A stretch of 30,749 nt of DNA, taken from Bugula neritina. Lineage: Eukaryota > Animalia > Bryozoa. Where the stretch lies: assembly GCA_964035545.1 (NCBI GenBank), contig CAXIUT010000054.1, forward strand, positions 54,474 to 85,222, given 5' to 3'. The notes beneath the pieces were generated by a model. It was not told where the DNA came from and did not search any database. It saw only the letters and a program-made list of their open reading frames with translations. Of this stretch, positions 23,040 through 30,749 are shown one piece after another. Made by a program: the position numbers and the translations under genes. Numbering within the stretch: position 1 is the first letter of the stretch; every line of letters starts with the position of its first letter.

Positions 23040-26000
23040 TCACTTGTTATATTTTTTTATAAAGATATCTTTATAGTTTCCACTGGCTTCTTCTAAAGCT
23101 TTATTCAAAGGATATCCATGATCAATCAGCATAAAACTTATTCTAATTGGCAACTTTTTCAACCCATATTCGATATATGAGTAACAATGCCCATCTTCAA
23201 TTACATATCCATGTCCTACTCCTTTTTTAATTAGAATAGCTGCTTGATTTAAATTATTATTCTTCAAACAAAGTGCTAAAGGAGTATTGCCTTCGTTGTC
23301 TACCAACCCATGGTTTACTTATTTTTAAAGGAGGTAAAGGATGGAAAAGAAAAAATGTTTTTAACAGGCATAGTGAAGAGGAGTTCTTTGATAAACATCT
23401 ACTATATTGAGATCTAAATTAGGATTAGCTAGAAGTGTTTGAAGTATTTAAACTTTGTCATTAGAATGATTTTAGTTGTCTTGAATGTTGATAAAACAAT
23501 AGAAGAGAGGTGAACGTCCAAATTTATCAAGACTATTGATGTTGATTCCATAGTCAAGTAGTTTTTTAGATATTTCTGGACTGTTATCAAAGTTATTAGC
23601 AATAGCGACTAGATGATGTAGTATATTTCTTCCATTATTATCTTTAAAATCTATTTTAACTCCTTCATCGCTCAGAATATATTAAAGTTGTTCAAGACTA
23701 AAGTAGTGACGGTTGCGAATTAGCTATATAAGAGGCACTTGATTGAGTGAATTAATATTGTTGATGGTAGATCCAAAGTTTCTTAACAAACGAATAAATG
23801 TTATTTTACCTTGAAGGGCTGAATACAGCAAAGGAGTCGATCTATTGATGTCCAATACATTGGAGGTAAGTCCATTCTACAACAAGTACTATAGACAGTG
23901 TTTTCCTTGGAAAGATTACATTTAGGGGAGGTCGATAAGAGGAAGATGATCCTCTGGTTGATTGAAAATATTGTTTTAAGAGTTCCACATGCAAAACAGA
24001 TGAAGAGGAGTGCGTCCTTATGAGTTTTGAAGGTTAAAATGGGTATCAATCCATTTCATAAATATTTTTAGGAGGTTAGGAGAAGGAAAACGCATTAGAA
24101 AGTGTTGAATACCCCATTTTTTATAATTTTAATACTACTAGTCCATCCTTGGTTCACTTACTGTGAATTTAGGATCTGCACCCATTTACACAAGGTGATT
24201 TACTGTCTTTATTAGTATTTATTCGTGTTTGATATAGTTTTCAAATGCTGATAATAAGGCTTATTTTTAATTCATTGTTTATTTCTTTTTGATATAGTGC
24301 TATTTGAAGTTACTATGCACTGACTATGTAAATTTTTTAATAAGATAAATAAGAAATTGAAACCCATTGGCATCTACTTTCTTTAATTCTGTTTTCAGTA
24401 CTTTTTAATCAGTATTCACTAGTTTTCCAAACACAAACTACATTTCTTAACAACCCATGCAGCCTATTTTAGTTAGATAGTAAATATAGCTGTGAGTACG
24501 AACTGAAGGCAAATCAAAAGGAATATCTCTGAGTAGTAGTTGAACTCCTGTTAAATTTTAATTTTATATACAAAATTGAATAGCAGTCTAAGAACGATCG
24601 TTTTCTATGGCTGGATCTGCATCAAATCGAAGTAATAAAGAAATTAACTTTTATTGCATAGTCTAGTATTCATTAGGTTCAATAGATGTAGATTAAGTCT
24701 TTCTTAATCTATAGTACTATTGTTCGTTTAAAGAACAAATAAAATGAAGACATGTAAAACCATAAGAGTTAGGATTTCCATAGTTAAGATCATATTTACG
24801 CTTTTAAAGCAAATATTAAAATATTTCATAGAATTAAGGAGTTCCTCTAGGATTTTTGGCTAAACGGTTAGGTAAGTGATGACTAAAATGAAGAGTCCAG
24901 TTCTATAAAAGTTTTGCGCATTGATAATGACCTTTGAGAATGGCTAGTTCATAGGGATAAAATCTTTTTCTGTTCATACTTTGAACCATTCCCAGATCTA
25001 ATAAATATTTAACAATTTAGAGATTGCCATAGGCAGCTGCATAGTGGAGCATAGTGTTATAGCTGTGATCTCGTTTGTAGTATCTTTGGAGGTTGGAGAA
25101 TAAGTAAAAAAAACATTAATTTTGGTAATTTCTAATTGCAAACATTAGAGGAGTTCTTCTGTAAATATCTGCTTCTGGTTGATAATTTTTATCTAGTAAA
25201 ATTTTAATAATATTCTTTTGACCTGTAGCTGCAGCAAAGTGAAATATATTTAGTCCTTATTTGCTCTATATCTCTTTCTCGACCAAATTATCTTCAATCA
25301 TCAATCCTAAACAGTCTGAATGCTTTTCAATTACAGTATAGTGAATAGCAGCTAGTCCTTAGTCTCCTTTAAAGTTTATATAATGAGTATCTCTTACTTT
25401 ATCTAAAATGAATTTAACATTTTTGACTCTTCCATATTTACTAGCAAGCATAAGAGGAGTACACTTACGCTTATCCATTTATTTTAGATCAGCTCCTGCC
25501 TTAATCAACATCTATAATGCTTTTGTATTCTATAAAACAGCTGCATAGTGAATAGGCTTTCTACCAAGACTATCTCCAATATTCAAATCACTCAAATGTT
25601 TAAGGACATGGGCCAAAAGCTAATGATTCCCACTGATAATAGCACAATGAATAGGTGAACAGAAATTATTTGTGTAACTTTGTTTTATTATGCTTATTTT
25701 CTTGAATATAAGGTCGCTTTTCTTCTTATGTAGAGTTTAGTAATGCAAAGGAGAATATCCATAGTCTGTTATATTTTATTATTATTTCAGAACTCGCTAA
25801 AAAAGATAAGAAGAGAGACTTTAGTTGCCTGAACGAACAACTGAGGGAATATTCAGATAAATTTATTTTTTTAGCTCAGGTTCTAGCTCTATGAGTAAGT
25901 TATATATTTATATACCTGCAGGTCCAGAAGGAATAGCTTAAAGTATCCTTTCCAATCCAATATTCTTCCACCAAAGAGATTAGTGATATTTGAAGTGATC

Positions 26001-27241
26001 TTGGATAAGAGAGTAGATTCCTTATCTTTTTCCTTTGGTAATACACTATTTCCTGGTTCTAATTGTATAGTAGCATCTATCTAGTTTTGAACTAGTGTCC
26101 CAGCTGATAGCAAAGTTGTTCTCTCTAATATCTCTTCTTTATAAAATTTATCTTAAAACTTCTACATCTCCAGCCTTGATAGTGCTTAAGACAATGTTAT
26201 CATGATTATCAACACTGAAATCTTAATGAATATTCATAAGTTCTTCAAAGTTGACATCTTTTCCTTCCAGATATTGCTTTTGTAGTTATTTTTGATAGCA
26301 TTTGGGACAGCATTTGCCCAGACCTAATCCTTTGTTACTTTTTCTTTTTGGTAGTATTTATAGTTGTTCAGTTTGCTAACTTTCAGATTAATCATTGTTT
26401 AGTTTTGGCTTGTTTTTGACTCCTTTTGGTCTTCCTCTACTCCTTTTAATTATTTATTCACCCTCTTATTCTTTTTTGATCAGAAGTCTACGCTCATCTC
26501 TATCTTTTAACCTGTTTATTTTAGTATTGATTTCTTATATGGATTTAAGTTAGAAGAGGTTGGCAAAGAGTTGATGTATGTTAAGTTAGTTGAGACTGGT
26601 TTAAGTTGACATACTTTGTTTTTTAATATTTTTAGCTCCTTTAGGTCTTCCTCTTCCTCTTTTTTATTGATTTTTTTTATTAGACTAATCTACAAATTCT
26701 TAGTCAGATGATTTTTAGACACTTTACTTTCTTCTACCTTTACTTCCTCTAGGTCTACCTCTACAACGATTGTCAATGGAACTTCTAAATTGGATGTTCA
26801 CTTACATTTGTTGCTGTGATTCTGAAAAATGAGAATATGAAGAATATTCTGACTCATCTTGTTCTAAGAGGATTTTGAATTAAAGAATGAATTTATGGAT
26901 TTGCTATTACGGGAGTAAAATGCGGGTTTATTCATTAATGTAGGTTATTGGAAATGATATCAATACATTCTCAGGGATGATCTTGATTGGTTTTTGTAAA
27001 TTAAAAGAGTAGAGATATTGTCCAAATTTATTCTTTTATTGCTCTACTACTGTCCCTTCCTGAGGACTACTGCATTAGAGCTAGTTAGATACAGCTAAGA
27101 TGAAGTTTTCTGAAAGAGAACCTATGAGTTGGTTGGTCTCTGGTTTTCCTTCATAAATGTAAAAGTACCTGACTTGCCTGGTTGAAGGATGCGGTCTTGA
27201 ATGGCGTAGATATATTTTTGGAATAGCTTTGAGTTGTTCAT
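23040..27241 (-). CDS. Large ankyrin-repeat protein with three N-terminal AT-hook motifs
   Basis: One 20-nt intron (27149-27168) gives 1394 codons. Many ankyrin motifs (GYSPLHY, GRKPIHYAA, KCTPLMLA, NTMLHYAAAYG, RTPLHYAC, GNTPLALC) and RGRPRG/RGRPKG at about 26750, 26650 and 26432. Confidence 0.85.
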
Positions 27242-27299
27242 TTGATATTGGTATAATTGGATTGTTGTTATAGTATATAGCAATAATTCAATGCAATAA

Positions 27300-27352
27300 C
27301 CCAACCCCAACCCCAACCCCAACCCCAACCCCAACCCCAACCCCAACCCCAA
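27300..27352 (+). repeat. Internal telomeric tract (CCCCAA)n in left-end orientation
   Basis: 53 nt of perfect C4A2 repeats starting CCCAACCCC, in an intergenic position. Confidence 0.97.
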
Positions 27353-27404
27353 GATATAGCTCTATATATTTGATTATAAATCAATATAAAATAAAAGTAA
27401 TATA

Positions 27405-30400
27405 TCAAGAAATAAGGAAGGTCAGTTCTTCTAGGATTTCTTTGCTTTTAACTATCATTTCTTCTGAATGGGGAATGGGAAACATCTAACTAGTTTAATA
27501 TATACTCTGAGGATGGCTTTATTGTTTCTGAGAAGCTCTAGCTGTCCAAGGAAGATGTTGTCGTTGATTCCTTAGGCTAAACAGAATTGAATCTTATCTT
27601 TATGCATCACTGATTTCTTCAATATTTTCTTAAACTATAAAGGCTCTTTTATTATACTGGGATTCTTAATTAATCAACAGATACCACTTGAATTATTCTT
27701 GAGCGTAATAGATGTTCTGATTTGAGGGTAAAAATTTAATCGAATTGTTCTTGGCTGAATTCTTCATGTCTTAAAAAGTTAAAGTACATAACTGGCAGTA
27801 GAAAAGTCAGTGATAGTCCTTGTACAATTTTAAGTTCTGTTTTAATGATTTTAACTGGATTTTTATGCAATTTGATGACTAGTTCTTGATTATACATTAA
27901 CTAGTCACCTGTTAGTGGTTTGATCCAAAGATCTAATTCTTGATTATTTTTATACTTGACAATAGGTTGTACTTGTTTAAGCGATTTGAAGTGGAAAGCT
28001 AGTTGTAGGGATAGAAAATGCTGATCATTTTGAGTATAGACATTGTATTTAGCTAGTATGTTGAGATGTTCATGTCTAAAGAAGATTTAGGATTGTTGAA
28101 GGATGTTCTTTTTGAAGAGAAGAATATTAACTATGTTACAAACTAATAACCTTAATTGAGCCAGTTATGAATATGTGAAGTATGTGTTAGGTTGTTGATA
28201 TAATCTGGATCCAGCTATTCTTTGTGCACTGGTGGTGATTTTAAATGAGATTTACTCGAAGCACCCACTTTTTCTGAATAATGACAGATATACATCTACT
28301 ATGAAGGATTGGAGACTGAAGCGATGATGATTTTTATTGAGCTGAAACGGATGCATGATGTAGTTTATTTTTTGTTTAATTTAGTTGTTAAATAAGTGTA
28401 TATTGTTAATCTTTGAGGTTGATATTTTACTGTTTTAAAAGTTAGTTGAGTTCTCTTAATTTTTAATTTTACTTTCTTTATTTATCTAAATCTTCTTTCA
28501 TTTTATTATAGTCATCAAAAGGAACTGATTTTTTTATTTGTTTTACTAGAGATATTTATTTTTAATGATATATTTTAAGTTATTTCTCTTTTTGTGCTTT
28601 TTATTTTGCTATCATACTCTTTTCTTGTTTTTATTGATGATACTACTTGGTTATTTTCTATATACTTTATACTAATATTTTATTTTATTGAAGTAATTTG
28701 TTAGATATTGATTTTTTATTTTAATCGAATTTGCTTCTTAGAGGAGGAATAAAATTGTTGTTTTAAAGCACATGAGAGTCATTTTATTCTTATATTGCTG
28801 CTAAATTAGGTTTTTTCTTCATAAAAGCTGCCTTTTTGAATTAATCTTATGAACATTATGAATCCTATTATTCTGAAAAATCCATTCTTTATGATTATTT
28901 TGACATTGATAAATCAGTAAAAATTTTATTCTTCGATTACTGTTATTTCCTAGATGATGCTTTTTGTTCCTCTTTTTTGTCTATCTTCTCTTCACTAGTA
29001 TAATTTTTAGGATTTCTATTATCTTCAACTTGCTTAGATGTTTTACTATACTATATTTATCGAGTTGCTTTACTATATTATACCTATTTTGAACCTTTGC
29101 TTGAATCGAAATATTTAGATGACTATTTATTTAGAATAGAAGCTTTAGGTGATCTAATCTATTTGACTGGTTTGCTTTAGTTGGTAGGAGATTTTGATTT
29201 TTAATACATTTTTTATTTCTGAGGTTTCTGAAGAGCTAGCTCATCTAAATCATCAAAAATCAATGGGCCTTTAGGTTGAGATTTTTATTATACAGGCTTT
29301 GATTGTTTATTCGATTCAACTTTTATTCTTTATTTTTTTTGCTATTTTGGCTATTTTGGTTATTTCAATGTTTTTGATTTTTCTATATTTTAAGAAGATT
29401 TTATTGCAAGTTACTAATCGAAATTCAGAATATTAGCCTTTGGAGTCTTCACTTTTTGTTAAGATTATTTTTGATAAGAGTTTTCTTAATTTTTTTTATT
29501 TGATATTCCTTCTACTTTAGGCGATTTGTTTGAAGTATTCTCCACAACATATGGATTTCCTATGACTTACTTTTTTGATTCAGTTTCTTTATTAATACTA
29601 AGCTATTGTTGACTTTTTTTGGGTTATTATTTCGGAATATAAGTAGATGGAACTTTTTATTACTTTATTTTATTATCTTTGTTTTTTGGTTTAGTTTGAT
29701 TTGATAATTTTTTGAGTATATTAGTTTTTTTGTTGTCAAACTAATCAAACCATTTTTGAACTAAGTTTTATTTAAAATTTTATGCATTTTCTAGATAGTT
29801 ATTTAAAGCTTAATTAAAAGTATTTTATAGCATTTAAAGTTAATCTTTTGAACGAGATTAATCAACTTTTACTAATGCTATTTCTACTGCTTCTTCAAGA
29901 GGATCTTTTCTTTATTTAGTTTTAGAAGAACTTTTACTTTCTTTAACTACACTTTTTTATGTTTTTATTTCTTTCTTTTAACTTACAGAATTAACAGAAT
30001 TTATATTAATAGAAGGTTCTTTACTGACCCTTTTGACTCCATTTTTTTAGCAAGATGAAATAAACATAGCATAATTTTATTATCTAAAATATTTGAACTC
30101 GAAATCAGTGTTTATATTTTTCTTTTTAAGTTCAAATAAAGCTGCTGAAAATTTATAGTTAGAATCAGGTAGCCATTGAGCCCATTTTATTATGCACTCT
30201 TTAGATATTCTAAACAGACTAGATAAAATTGATTTGAAATTAGATAGTTCTTAGCTTTTAGTATATGAACTGCCAGCATATTTTGCGATTGATTTTTAAT
30301 CATTTTAATCTAAAGCAATTGTTAGTAAGATAGGTAGTAAAGAATTCTCAACCAAATTTATAAAGGCTGGATTACCTTTTTCAAAGGCATCCTTAAGATA

Positions 30401-30617
30401 CTTAATAAGTAGATAATTACTCTAATTGCAAAGAGTTTTGCCTAAGCGATGTACTAGGTAGTGAGAATATCTCTAATTGCTTCAGCTGATATTTTCGTAG
30501 CATTTCTGGCTATTGGATGATGTACTGATTGAGGTTGGAGACTTCTTGGAGGTAGACTTTCGTGTCTTTGTAGGTCTACTTTTTAAGGATAAGAGAAATT
30601 AGTTTGTTTTTGTTCAT
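27405..30617 (-). CDS. About 1050-aa protein: VHS/ENTH-like helical N-terminus, long K/E/P-rich low-complexity linker, globular C-terminal domain (possibly adaptin-ear-like)
   Basis: ATG at 30617 and TGA at 27405. 20-nt introns at 30401-30420, 27665-27684 and 27486-27505. AKLFAIRYLKDAFEKGN and ECIIKWAQW resemble VHS helices. At least two apparent single-base indels (one at about 30504). Confidence 0.6.
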
Positions 30618-30668
30618 GTTCTGATTCAACGATTATGAGTTATTATTATGTTTAAATTTGATAGTATA

Positions 30669-30749
30669 GGGGTTGGGGTTGGGGTTGGGGTTGGGGTTGG
30701 GGTTGGGGTTGGGGTTGGGGTTGGGGTTGGGGTTGGGGTTGGGGTTGGG
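30669..30749 (-). repeat. Right telomere, (GGGGTT)n
   Basis: Perfect G4T2 repeats to the last base, ending TTGGG and preceded by TATA. Confidence 0.99.

Noticed and set aside
568-24049. Antisense or off-frame ORF-track entries (e.g. 568-783, 1012-1221, 3430-3657, 5680-5961, 14241-14441, 20317-20604, 22405-22704, 23801-24049)
   Set aside because: They overlap better-supported genes on the other strand or in another frame and show no recognisable motifs.
25892-25918. Possible 27-nt GT-AG intron or frameshift in the ankyrin gene
   Set aside because: The correct frame reads through continuously (AIPSGPAGIEIYNLLIELEPE), so no intron is needed.
27122-27352. ORF beginning MGLGLGLGL in the ORF track
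   Set aside because: The GL repeat is translated telomeric (GGGGTT)n; the real gene starts at ATG 27241.
1-30749. Standard ciliate code UAR=Gln, or a split code with different meanings for UAA and UAG
   Set aside because: Both codons fall at conserved Glu positions in several recognisable proteins, while conserved Gln positions use CAA/CAG.

Overview
This window is an AT-rich ciliate macronuclear DNA molecule capped by (CCCCAA)n at the left end and (GGGGTT)n at the right. TAA and TAG both encode Glu and TGA is the only stop (the code known from peritrich ciliates, NCBI table 30). The supplied standard-code ORF track therefore shows only fragments or spurious frames. Read with that code, the window holds about 15 very tightly packed genes: CFAP161-like, an atypical CK1-like kinase, CobW/CBWD GTPase, pseudokinase-MORN protein, DEGS sphingolipid desaturase, a frameshift-interrupted RelA/SpoT-like NTase + Zn-finger + LRR locus, a GPI-anchored Cys-rich surface protein, ALKBH1-like dioxygenase, DNAAF5-like HEAT protein, YciI-like protein, OSCA/TMEM63-like channel, a small membrane protein, an SLC49/FLVCR MFS transporter, an AT-hook + ankyrin protein and a VHS-like protein. 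Three observations stand out. (1) Fifteen frame-restoring introns are exactly 20 nt, all with A at position 15 (-6), suggesting ruler-like splicing. (2) The 4.7-kb locus fuses a RelA/SpoT-type nucleotidyltransferase to about 25 LRRs of 21 aa, a candidate second-messenger immune receptor. (3) An internal telomere tract at 27300-27352 makes 27300-30749 a complete single-gene telomere-to-telomere unit. Scattered single-base homopolymer indels suggest residual sequencing error. All translations and family calls were made by hand; no database search was run.
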